A DNA stretch of 63,720 nucleotides, the filler included, from Psammoneis japonica (taxonomy: Eukaryota): the NCBI GenBank assembly GCA_008632985.1. It is 3 parts of 3 records of this genome, joined end to end, with 100 filler letters (N's around TTAATTAATTAA, not from the genome) between each part and the next. Parts side by side here need not be neighbours in the genome. Positions count along the whole stretch, not along the records: positions 1 to 22,220 come from QPGO01000441.1; 2 more parts are not named here. One strand, written 5' to 3'. The notes beneath the pieces were generated by a model. That model was not told the DNA's origin and did no database searches. It saw only the letters and a list, made by a program, of their open reading frames with translations. Within the stretch, counting starts at the first letter, position 1. Each line of letters starts with the position of its first letter. Both the position numbers and the translations under genes were made by a program. Shown here one piece after another: positions 1-11,403 of this stretch.

Positions 1-1229
1 TTGCACTCACTTCGTCAGGCTTGAAGAGAAGGATCGAGGGACTCCCAAGCGCCGAAACAAGACGTCCATCAAGAAAGCAACGGCGAAGAAAACAAAATGA
101 AACGGGCAGTCAGGTTTTTCATAATCAGTTGCACAGAGCGCAATAAAACCATTTTGCAAACCACTGCACAAAACTGTAAGGAGAGACTTAAGACAGCAGC
201 ATTCTAGACGCAGTGACAGCCACCAGCCCATGAGGGCTTTACGACCAATTCAGAACACATCAGTGGCCAATCCTTTAGCAAAATGGCAGACAAGCTGTGC
301 AGCAGAGCTGACAGGCTCAATCTTGATCTCCAAAGCCTCAACCCCAGTGCAAAACCAGTGGCATGGAATGCCGATGGGCTTGGTTCATGGGGACAATTTA
401 GGCATGCAAGCAAGCAGCAGCTTGCACGCACACTGTTGTGCTCCCAAGAATCAGAGAATTTGAGGTGACTTCATGCTGTCATCTTCATCTGCAAGCAGCA
501 ATGACAGTGCAAATGAAGCCATGCCAACAATGGATTTCTTCCTCCCAAAGCAAGCAGGAGAAAAGAGCCCAAGTGTGGTTGGCATTGAGACAGACAGACA
601 AGCCGGCAAAAAAATCAGAGCCAGTCAGTCCTGCTGCCTGTGACATGCTGTCAACGAGTTGTTGCATTGAGTGCTTGTGATGTGTGTGGCTTTCTTTTCA
701 ACTCTGGCAACAAAAAACATGCAACTGCATTTGAAAGAGTGCCAGAAGCAAGAACGCAGTTCTTTGCAGCATGGAAGACAACCACAGTGGGTTGGACAGA
801 CATGGACACTTGGTGCTGCTAGACTCTGCACTTTGGCTCACACCATTGGCTTGAGCACCGCATGGTCCTGGCAGTGTGCAGGGCAATGGGTGAAACAGGT
901 GGATGAGCTTGAGGACCTGGTTGCCTTGCACAAAGATGTGTTGTTTCACCTTGCAATTCTTGCAGGCTGCATGGCACTGCACTCCCTTTGCCTGTGCATC
1001 ATTTTGGCATGAACATCTGAGCCTTTGTCAGCTTTTTTCAGATGCTGCTGACTTTGGATGGAATTTCTTTTTTGCTCAGACAGGAAGAACACATCAGTGG
1101 CAGGCTGCCTCTGGTGCAGAACATCTCTTCACCAAACACAGCAATTTTCTCATTTGGGAAATCTGTGTTGAGAGTTGAGCAAACATTGGCTGTCTCATTG
1201 AGAGAAATGATTTTGACAGATTGTCACAC

Positions 1230-2330
1230 TGCCACAGGTGCCCAGCTTGCAAGGGAAATGAAAAATGTAGAGACAACAGCAGCACTGGGTTGGGCAAACA
1301 AAAGCTCATGCCCTGTGAGCAGCACATCAATGCCACACCACCTTTGCAGGTTTTCTTGACCCACTGACAACTGCTGGAAGGCAAGGCATGCTGTGAAGCT
1401 TGACATCATGGCACTGCAATGACAGGCACATTTTGAGGTTTGTGGAAGACATTTTCAAAGAGAAGCCCAGAAGCATGCAGAAAGCAGTGTTCTGGAGCTT
1501 GGTGATGCAAAAAAAAGCAGCAAATGAGTCTCCTTCAGGGACCACAATTTTGCCTGTTGCAGCTTCCAGGGAGTGTGCGCACTGAAGATGTTGCAACTTG
1601 CTTCAAAAACAAATGCAAAGCAATTGCAGGCATCACAGCAGTGGTTCCACACATTTCCTGATTTTTCAACATCACCATGCATCACCTCTTGACATTTCAT
1701 TGAGAATCAACCAACCGTGGCTCCAAAGCATGTGGTGCTGGGATGGAAATCTAGCAAATGTGCTCTGGGAATGCTGACCATCTTGTTGTGGCAAATGATT
1801 TGACACATTGTTGTGCTGCCATGGGTGGCCAGCTTTCCAGGAAAACAAAACTTGTGAAAATGATGTGGATGCCAGTGGGGTGGGAAATGAAAGCTCACAC
1901 CCTGCATGCAAGCAACATGTCCATGCACAGTTTCTTGCAGGTTTTCTTGACCTGCTGACAACAGCTTGAAGGCTGGACATGCTGTGGAGCTTGGCAGTGT
2001 GATGCTGCCACAACAAACACCTTTTGGCTTTTGCAGAAGTTGTTTCTGAAGTTCAAAGAAGCATGTGAAAGCAACATCCTGGTGTGCTCAGTGTCGTGGG
2101 GAAATTGGCAAATGAATCTCCTTGAAAAAACCCATGACTTTGCCCACTGCAGTTTCTGGTTTGTGCACAGAACATGTTGCATCTCATTCCAAGAACATTC
2201 AAGGCCATTGCAGGTGCCATTGCCTGCCCCTGCATGTTCTGATTTTTCCACATTGCCAGGTGGCACTGCTTGATGTTTCATTGAGAGTCGCCCGACCATG
2301 GCTTCAAAATGTGATGGAACAGAAATCTGA
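1230..2330. repeat. Old tandem duplication, period ~590 bp
   Basis: Shared anchors: ttgcaggttttcttgacc..ctgacaac at ~1344 and ~1935; cctgatttttcaacatcacca at ~1657 vs tctgatttttccacattgcca at ~2238; tttcattgaga at ~1695 and ~2276. Confidence 0.7.
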
Positions 2331-2619
2331 CTCATGTGCTCTGGGAACACATCTCGTGCTGCCACAGAAAGCAAGGATGCCATGGGCTCCAGCCTCTTTG
2401 CTCTGGCTTTGCTTTTTTTTTGGCCCTTTCAGAGACCACCAAAAATGGCAATTGCCATCTCAGATGAAGTGACATGGCAAAAGATCAATTCCACCCTCAA
2501 CACCATTTGCCACACCCTCTGACATCTGGAACAGCACATGGCAAACCCTTTGAATGAATCTTGATTGACTTGCACACATGTTCTTCCAACACAATCCAAA
2601 GAGATGAAAGGCATCAAAG

Positions 2620-3630
2620 GTTGCAGAGCTGAGCAGAAGACCACCCAAAGAATCACAAAGCTGCTGTGGTGAGCAATGAAACATTGAAGAATGTGACTTC
2701 TAAAGCCTCCACTCTGTTCTCACCTGCAAGATCCCTTGCCAAAAAGATTAGAAAGGTTGCTGGATGAAATTGTTGCATGAGAGCAGTGTGCAAAAGCTTC
2801 GATTTGGGCACCCAACTGAAAGACCTGACAAGAGGGGAGCAAAAGGGAAACTCTCAACTTGCAAGAAATCCAAAAACTGGAGGGTTGCACTTCCATGAAG
2901 CTGCATTGGGTTTGAGGATGAAGAACTGTCAAAAAACAGAAACAAGAGACCACCCCAAATCACACAGTTGCTGCAGTGTGAGAAAGACATGAAAGGTCAC
3001 AGAGCTGAGAAACAGACACAGAAGACCACCCAGGATCATAAAGTTGCTGTGGCGCACAATTGAGTGTTGCAGAGTGTGACTTCTAAAGCCTCCATTTTGT
3101 TCTCACCCATGAGATCCCCAGCTAAAAAGATTGGAAAGGTTGCTGGGTGAAATTGTTGCATGAGGAAGGCATGCAGAAGCTTTCAATTTGGGCATCCAAC
3201 TGAACGACCTGAAAGAGGGGAGCAAAAGGGAAACTCTTGACTTGCAAGAAATCCAAAAACTGAAAGGTTGCACTCCCTTGATGCAGCTGTGTTGGGTTTG
3301 ACGATGAAGAGCTGTCAAGAAACAGACACAGGAAACCACCCTGGATGATCACACAGTTGCTGCGGCAAGCAATGAAATGTTGAAGAGCATGCAATGGCCT
3401 TCAAGGCCTCTGCACTGTTCTTGCCTGTAAGATCCCTGGCCAAAAAGATCAGTGGGACAGTTGAGTGAAATTTTTGCATGAGAGTGGTGCATGAAGCTTT
3501 CAATCAGGGTGTCTGACTGGACAACCCAACAAGAGGGGAGCAAAAGGGAACTCTTGACATGCAAAAAACTCAAAACAAAATGATTGGACTCCCGTGATGC
3601 AGCTGCAGTGGGATCAAGGATGAAAAGAGT
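2620..3630. repeat. Three diverged tandem copies, ~320-380 bp
   Basis: Recurrent anchors gtgacttctaaagcctcca (~2693, ~3076) and agaggggagcaaaaggga (~2832, ~3214, ~3532). Confidence 0.8.
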
Positions 3631-3940
3631 GCTTCTTGTGTGGACAGTTGCAGAAAAAGCACAGCACTTGACAGAGCAGATGGACTCCTCCAGTCCATGG
3701 GATGTTGCTGGGTGCCAAGAACACACCACAGAAAATGAGGCACATCACTTGGCCAAGGCCAAAAGGCAAATTGACAGGACCTCACTGGGTGGTCAACTCG
3801 GGACAGCTGATGGGCTGATTGAAGACACTGCAGAAGGCTCCTGAAAAAGCACATCCCTTGGCTTTGCGGACAATCAAGGTAATGGGCATTGCCAGGTGTC
3901 AATTGCAGGACATCTGATCAGCTTGTCAATGGCACCACAG

Positions 3941-5052
3941 AGCTCAAGGTGCAGCCAATGAAAAGGGATTGCAAAAAATGCTGTGTCCAAGTGTGGACAT
4001 TCCCTTGGCTCTCTCTGCAGAAGTGGCTGATGTCAGTGATGGAGTTGGATCGGATTCGGATTTGGCGCAGCAGTCGCAGGACTTGGACTTGCACTCAGTG
4101 CAGCAGCAGGAAAGGTGGAGCAGGTGGGCCAAGCTGATTTGGAAATGAGGAGCAGGGAATGGTGTTGGGTTGCTTGTGTGGCAGGATTGGGCTTGGTGCA
4201 ATGTCGTCAGATCCAACCAATGAACCCTCATCAATCTCAAGGGTTGCTGTGTGGTGCAAGAGAGCTCAAGGTGCAGCCAATGAAAAGGGATTGCTAAAAA
4301 ATGCTACGTCCAAGTGCGGACATTCCCTTGGCTCTCTTTGTCCCAAGCAGAATTGGCCAATGTCAGTGATGGAGTTGGATCGGATTCGGATTCAGCGCAA
4401 CAGTGGGAGCACTTTGATTCGGACTTGGCGCAGTGGTGCAAGAGGCAGAGCAGGTGGGCCAATGGCCGATTCGAAATTGGTGAGCAGGGGATGGTGTCGG
4501 ATTGACTGTGCGGCAGGATCGGGCTTGGCACGCTGTCGTCATGTCCAACCAATGAACCCTCATCAAATTAAGGGTTGCTGTGTGGGACAAGAGAGCTCAA
4601 GGTGCAGCCAACGAAAAGGGATTGCTAAAAAAATGCTACGTCCAAGTGTGGACATTCCCTTGGCTCTCTCTGTCCCAAGCAGAAGTGGCTAATGTCGGTG
4701 ATGGAGTTGGATCGGATTCGGATTCGGCGTAGTAGTGGGAGGACTAGATTCGGACTCGGTACAGCAGTGCAAGAGGTGGAGCAGATGGGCCAAGCCGATT
4801 CGGAATTGGTGAGTAGGGAACGGTGTCGGGTTGTTTGTGTGGCAGGATCGGGCTCAGTACGCTGTTGCCAGATCCAACCAATAAACCCTCATCAAATTAA
4901 GGGTTGCTGTGTGGGACAAGAGAGCTCAAGGTGCAGCCAACGAAAAGGGATTGCTAAAAAAATGCTACGTCCAAGTGTGGACATTCCCTTGGCTCTCTCT
5001 GTCCCAAGCAGAAGTGGCTAATGTCGGTGATGGAGTTGGATCGGATTCGGAT
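3941..5052. repeat. Tandem array of ~330-bp units (3 full + 1 partial, running into an assembly gap)
   Basis: Unit start agctcaaggtgcagccaa(c/t)gaaaagggattgc at ~3941, ~4263, ~4594, ~4923; shared internal ggagttggatcggattcggat. Confidence 0.92.
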
Positions 5053-6752
5053 NNNNNNNNNNNNNNNNNNNNNNNNNNNNNNNNNNNNNNNNNNNNNNNN
5101 NNNNNNNNNNNNNNNNNNNNNNNNNNNNNNNNNNNNNNNNNNNNNNNNNNNNNNNNNNNNNNNNNNNNNNNNNNNNNNNNNNNNNNNNNNNNNNNNNNNN
5201 NNNNNNNNNNNNNNNNNNNNNNNNNNNNNNNNNNNNNNNNNNNNNNNNNNNNNNNNNNNNNNNNNNNNNNNNNNNNNNNNNNNNNNNNNNNNNNNNNNNN
5301 NNNNNNNNNNNNNNNNNNNNNNNNNNNNNNNNNNNNNNNNNNNNNNNNNNNNNNNNNNNNNNNNNNNNNNNNNNNNNNNNNNNNNNNNNNNNNNNNNNNN
5401 NNNNNNNNNNNNNNNNNNNNNNNNNNNNNNNNNNNNNNNNNNNNNNNNNNNNNNNNNNNNNNNNNNNNNNNNNNNNNNNNNNNNNNNNNNNNNNNNNNNN
5501 NNNNNNNNNNNNNNNNNNNNNNNNNNNNNNNNNNNNNNNNNNNNNNNNNNNNNNNNNNCCCGGAAGCCACTCGATTTCGAAGCTCTGAAAATGGCTGGCT
5601 GCTGGCTGGGTCGCCTGTCGCCTGCCTCCATGTCGCCTGTCGCCAACCGCCGACGATGGTGACCTTGAGCAAGTAATCGTTTGCTCCAAACCTTCATTAG
5701 CTTTCGTACACCCACTGCACTTTGTTTCGCGTGCTATGCGGAATTCAGCCTCACGCTCTTGAATCAAAATTTTTGCCTTTTCGTTTCTATTCCCACAATG
5801 ATATGATGTTGCCGGGCTGGCAATGGCAACTAGCGTGCAAAAATAATGACCCTCGTCGTGCCGACAGCCGACAGTATATTGTGACAACGACCATCAAATT
5901 GGTGTTATGTCTAGTCTGGTCTGCTCCATGGGCAATGCGGTGCTGTAGATGGCTAGAGTTGTCGTGGTGAATTCGTCTTGGACGCTTGAACTCACAATAT
6001 TTCCGTGGCGGACGTTGCAACGAGACTACACATTGTCTATCCACCATGTTTCGTGAAGGGTTATCAAGACCAGGGTGGAGACTGGAGTTCATCGTTGTGT
6101 TTGTGGAAATAAGAATGCCAAGTTGGTTCTTTTGCTGTCAGTTGTCGTGAGGACGGTGAGGAGGAACAGAGCGTTGAAAGACGTGGGACGTGGCCAGTCA
6201 CTTGACCTTTGCCGATTCCATTTACATTTGTTCTCAGCCGGCCATACTAAGGAGGCTAACACAAACAGAGCGAAGGTACGAATGATATTATTGAACAAGG
6301 GGGGAGATAGATTTCAACCAAAGCAAGTGGTTTGCTGTTCTGGGTGTTCGCTTGTTGTTTCGTAAGGTTTTCACTCGTACGCAGCTATGCTCACAAACTG
6401 TACTTATAGCTCAAATCTTTTCTCGTTTCAGAATAGATACTTTCCCAAAAATAATGGCGCTCTACTTACACGCATTCAATTTTGCACGCAACGCCTTCTC
6501 GTGATGTCATTTTTGTGATCTAAATTGGCTATTTTGTGGTGCCCGCTTTTAGCTACGGTACCGTACAGTGGTTTGCTCAACTACGACGTCCGACCAGCAA
6601 AAAGATGGCGCTGCTTTGCTCCTCCTGTTGCTCTAGATTCTTCTCTAGCTAGAGCTAGCTAGTCAAAATACCGGTATAATTTATACTTTCCAATTTATTT
6701 TCTTGTGTAGTGAAAACGGTGTCGTTGCAATAGTCGTAGGATTCGAACACAT

Positions 6753-9700
6753 CTATTCGGTCGAAGCAGCCATTTCTGAGAGCCTCTTTTCTTCCTCCCT
6801 CTTCGCCTGTTTGGCCTCTTTCCTTCTCTTTTTGTTTCTTGCGCGTCTCTGTCTCCTGTTTTGTTTTATCCGTTCTTGTTGTTCATCTAAGGGTTCTTGT
6901 CTCTTGAGTACATATGAAGCTGTGTCGTCCTCCTCCATTGGACTTGCTCCCACGGTCGGTTCCACTTGTCTTACAACCTTGTTGGCATCTGAAGAAGTGT
7001 CTTCCTTATCTTTTTGACTTAATGCCGCTGTCGGATCCACTTTCCTTGTGATCTTGAATATGCTGTCGATGATATTTCGCTGATCAAATAACGTCCAAAA
7101 GATCTCTCTGGCTGTCTGTTTCGCGTTGTCGTCTCGGCGATTCAACAACTCCCGATCCCTTTCATCAAGCTTGACATAGGTAAGACGAGGCTGAGTGTCC
7201 ATAAGGATGCCATTCTCTGCAAAATATGCCACTGCGTGTTTGACTTTCCTGCCAACCTCGTCCCAAAAATCAATGATTACAAGATACACGCCCTCTCCTT
7301 TTAGAAGCAATTCCAGTTTACTTTGGTTTTCGTTGTGGCGTAACTTTTGCGCTTCGAATCCTTTACTCTCAAAAAACGGTATGAATTTCTTGGCCGATAC
7401 CCATTCGCGTCTTGGAGCTAATTCGTTTCGAATCGCCAGCTTAGAAATATCTTGTTTCGCTCTCTCCTTTTTGTCCGGAATCATGCGCTTCAGAATACGA
7501 AATGAAGTGTCCGGAATGCAATATCCGACCGGCACGCGCCTTTTGTCGTAACAAAATCCGTGTTCTTTAGCCTCGGCTAGGGGCATAATTCTAGCACCCA
7601 CAACCGCGTTATTTCTTCTGTTCACACGTTCTTTTCTCGACGGTTTGGCAGTTTCCTTGACAGGAGCAACTACCTCAGAGTCCCCGGTCGCAGTAGCAGA
7701 CGGATCCTCCAAGCGTACGCCGCTCAAGTCACCAATTGTAGCTGTTTCGGTATCCTCAGTAGAGACATTGGAGGCTCCTGCCTCGGCGGCAGAGTAGCCC
7801 ACAGTGCTAGCTCCGCGGTCGCCAACTGTCGTGCAGTATCCGGGCGCATTGACTTCTCCTTCCTCTTCTTCATCAGAGTCATAGAGAAACCGCTGCGATT
7901 TATCGTCACCAGAAGATTCATTGCCTATGTCTGTATTCAGCAAATGATCTGAAACTGATTTGCAGCAGATTGCGTCAACAACAATTACGGTCGTGCAAGT
8001 AGCAACAACACGAGATATTCTCTTACCTATAATTCGATTGCGTTTTCTTGCGGGACTTTCTCCGTTCAAGGAGGCCATTGCATCGGATATGTTTGCAGCT
8101 TGTGACGATCTAGAGGCAACACTGTGCACTTGTATCGCTGATTCTGAAATGGCAGAATCTTTGGTGTTGGGCTTGCAGCGGTCATCGACTTCTTCGTTCC
8201 ATCCTCGCTCGGGTCTTGCGTTGGTAATGAGTCCGTGACGGTCACAGCGGTTTCATTTTGTGGACAACATTCACTGTTCTTGCCCTTCGGCATTTCCGAA
8301 TCCAGGGTAAAAACTGATTCTTTCGAAGAAATGTCTGAGAATTTGCTGGTTGGATCCATTGACCCATCGGAGGTAACGTTCTTAGTCGTTCTAGCGGGTG
8401 CCTTCGAAGCAAGGCCACACCCGTCGGACGCTCCTCCAATGAACGAGCTACAGGTACCTAATCCACTAGATTCACGGTCGCCGGCTTTCGCGAAAGGCGT
8501 GGGTGCCTTGGCCTGCTCCTCTCCCTCTTCATGGGAGATAACAAGCAGCCCTTTATTGTCGCAAGAAGATCCATTGTCTGCGTCTATTTGAAACAAAGGA
8601 GAAGGCACTGGCAAGGTATGAAGGAGGTCGTGGCAACAACAATCAATTCGCACAGGCAGCAACAAAAAGCGAGTCGATTTTCTTACCTTGAACTTGGTCG
8701 CGGCTTCTTGCCGAACATGGTCCCTGTAAGTTGGTCATCTCATCAGTTCCGTTCGCAACTTGGGGTACTCCAGAGGCAAGATTGCGCACTCGTGTGACTG
8801 ATGCGGCTATAACGGTGCTATCAACGACTTCTTTATTTGCTTCTTCTTCTCCCTTCACCTCGAACGAATCTGCATCGTACACACTCAATCGAGACATGGA
8901 ACTGTCATTTCTTATAAGATTTTTCCCCGTGTGGTCGTAGTCGTTTGCCGTATCTTCGGTTGGCTCTGCATTGTAATGGGAAAAAGGAGGTATGAAATGT
9001 TTGGTTGGCCCTTCCTTGTTGTGGGCAACAGGAAACTGACGCGGTGAAGCGGATGTCTTCTTGAGGGCGTCCCGTTCTTGTCCATCAGCAGTGGGCGTGC
9101 TTCCTATACCCATGGTTGCACCAATCAAAAAAGTGGCAGAAGGAGATTTCCCACTTCGCACTTCGGATCCACTGGCAACTTGAGTTGTGTCCTCCCTTGA
9201 TGTTGATCCATTGGCGACAACTTCCACTGTCGTAGCAGCCCGGGTGTTGATAGATGCGCCATCTACTAAAGGATAGCAGATTCAAGACAAAAATTGACAA
9301 GAATGAGCATTGGGTAAAGAAAAAACACAAGATGCAAACAAATCAAACCAATGTCTTACCGCGAACATTTGAAACAGTGTGCCCTGACAAGCCACTGTTT
9401 TCAGGACTCTTATTTGCACCTAACATTGAATCTGCGGTGGCTGCAAAGACGTTTTCATTTGTGGCAGGTGTCGCTTTTGCGGAAGGACCACTCCGTTTGG
9501 AGCTGGATTTGTCGAGGCCAGCATCCACTGTCGACGCAGTGCGTACTCTATCAAGTGATGCGGAATTTGCTTTACTGCGGCTGGTAGACCTGACACCTCT
9601 GTTGGGCGGAGCTTTGGACGAAATGCAGTTGACTTTGTTTTGTTCAGCTTCTTGGTTTTCCTTTTCGTTCGTCTCGCAAACACCCGGAATGGGATAGAGT

Positions 9701-10630
9701 GGCCGATGCGTTTTCTTCTTGGGTGGAGTGGCTGCAGAAGAAAATGTCCTTGTCCGAGTTGAATGGTTGCCAGAGGAAGCGCGGCGAAGGCTTTGATGAT
9801 TCGTGCTATTGACAAGCACCGGGCGGCCTCCAGTGCCCCCTTGCGTCTTGAATCTAGCTGGGCTGGTATCACGCTGATTCACAACACCAGACGCGTCCAA
9901 GACAACGGCACTCCCGGCTTTCGTGTCAGACGATAATCCGTTTGCCTCTAGAGCTCTGCTCGATTCCATAGTATTGCTCGAAGTTTGCTTGGGAGTGACT
10001 GCCGGTCGTATCGTTGACAAAATAATGCCAGGCAGAAGGTGCCTTCGCTATTTCTAAATTCAAAAGAAAGAGATGAAGTCGATGAGAAGAAAGTGTCGTG
10101 ATCGCGCTGGCAACAAAATGAAATGCGTGTCGCTTACCTTGATTTCGTTTTCGAATTTCATTACTGGGCCCTTGAAATGGTTTGAAATCGTTGCAAACTC
10201 GAGTCGTGGTCAGAGCTTTCGTTTCTTCTTCCGACAATCCAATCGGCCTCCTAACCAAGTAGGGTCGTTGAAGTGTCGCATTCCCGAGAATAGGCCCTAG
10301 GCTTTTATCAATCTCCGTCCACGTCAGATATTCTTGGTATTGGATAGTTTCAGCGCGGCCCGTCTCACGCGAGCTTTGGCGGGCGCGGAGGGGCTCTGAA
10401 GACCGTTTCGAGTCGAGCTCTCTTTGGTGATTCCTCACCCCGTTTGAATGATACTTTGGAGCTTTGTTCGCTTCATCAGATAACTTCCGTCGCTTAGACC
10501 AATTCCGATCCTTGTCTCGTTTTCCCCTCCTCCTTTTAGATATGTGCGAATCAAGAGTCAGTTTTTCGTAGAGAGGATTTGCCGACGGCGAATCTTCATC
10601 CGATGATGATGGTGCCGTGAATCTCGGCAT
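6753..10630 (-). CDS. Large multi-exon protein: Ser/Thr/acidic low-complexity body and a C-terminal globular domain resembling a papain-fold (Cys-His-Asp) peptidase
   Basis: Chain of minus-strand ORFs (9926-10774, 9343-10020, 8643-9227, 8066-8665, 6753-8129) with GTAAG donors near 10137, 9359 and 8686. C-terminal domain GYCIPDTSFRIL...GEGVYLVII...KHAVAYFAENGILMD, then a basic tail. Exon model approximate, with at least one frameshift. Confidence 0.5.
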
Positions 10631-11403
10631 ATTCAATTCGAACCGCTTCCAGCAGCTGCACAAGAGTTGGATAAGAAAACGAAGCTTGCATGTGAGAGGG
10701 AGACTTGATAGGGAGAAGTGCGAATGAACACAACAGTGATACAAAGCAATTGTTACCTTTTTCAAGCAGGCCAACGGTTTTTCGCGGCGATTTGGATTTG
10801 GAAAGCCGACGTTTCAAACGACGTCCTTTGATTTTGTTGCTTGACAAAGAGCTTCTCCCAACGTTGCTACAAGCAAGGCACGAGACGTGAGATAATGAAT
10901 AAGGATACAAGACGCAAGGAAAACAAGAAGGGAAGGCGAAAGAGCAACACTCACCGATTGCAGGCAAGTCAACAACGATAACAACAAAGAACGCTATGAG
11001 ACTTGATGTCAATGTTTGATGTTCAGTGCTGTGACTTCGAACTCTAGTTCGCGTGTTGAGTCGTCGTTGCAAATATCAAGTAAACGTACATTTGTCTGAT
11101 GACGTCAGGGGTGACGTAGAAGGCATAAATAAGGCCGGCTATTCAGCAGTTCCTCTCAGCCAGATAGAAGAAGAAGAGAAAAGGAAAAGGAAGGAAAAAA
11201 CATTGATGGTTTGAAAGGGTGCACTGCAGCACCGCAGTGCGCACAGTAATGAAGACGGACGCAGACAGGTGCAGATGCGCTGCGTGGAATTTGGTGCGAA
11301 GTTTCATGCGTTTGCGTGCGCAGAAGGATGTGGAGCGCCAATGGCTGGAATGAAGCAGCACACCACACAGCAGTCAGTGCAGCTCTGTCATCACGGCGCT
11401 AGA

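Larger units (their letters stand above)
200..5052. mobile_element. Heavily degenerate repeat/transposon-derived region, depleted in TpA and CpG and rich in TpG/CpA
   Basis: Long stretches almost lack TA and CG. Several nested tandem duplications. Only short Cys/His/Gln/Trp-rich ORFs in all frames. No recognisable transposase, so the family is not assigned. Confidence 0.6.

Noticed and set aside
200..4200. Classical fungal RIP or an alternative genetic code as explanation
   Set aside because: RIP enriches TpA, whereas these regions lose it. Housekeeping genes in the window use Tyr and TAA/TAG stops normally.
3941..5052. Regular repeats as a CRISPR array
   Set aside because: Whole ~330-bp units are homologous with no unique spacers; eukaryotic context and no cas genes.
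4909..5887. Long ORFs spanning N gaps (also around 15405-15851)
   Set aside because: Their length comes from untranslatable Ns, not coding sequence.
11100..11107. TGACGTCA (CRE/bZIP-like site) between divergent genes
   Set aside because: A single 8-mer with no supporting conservation; could be chance.
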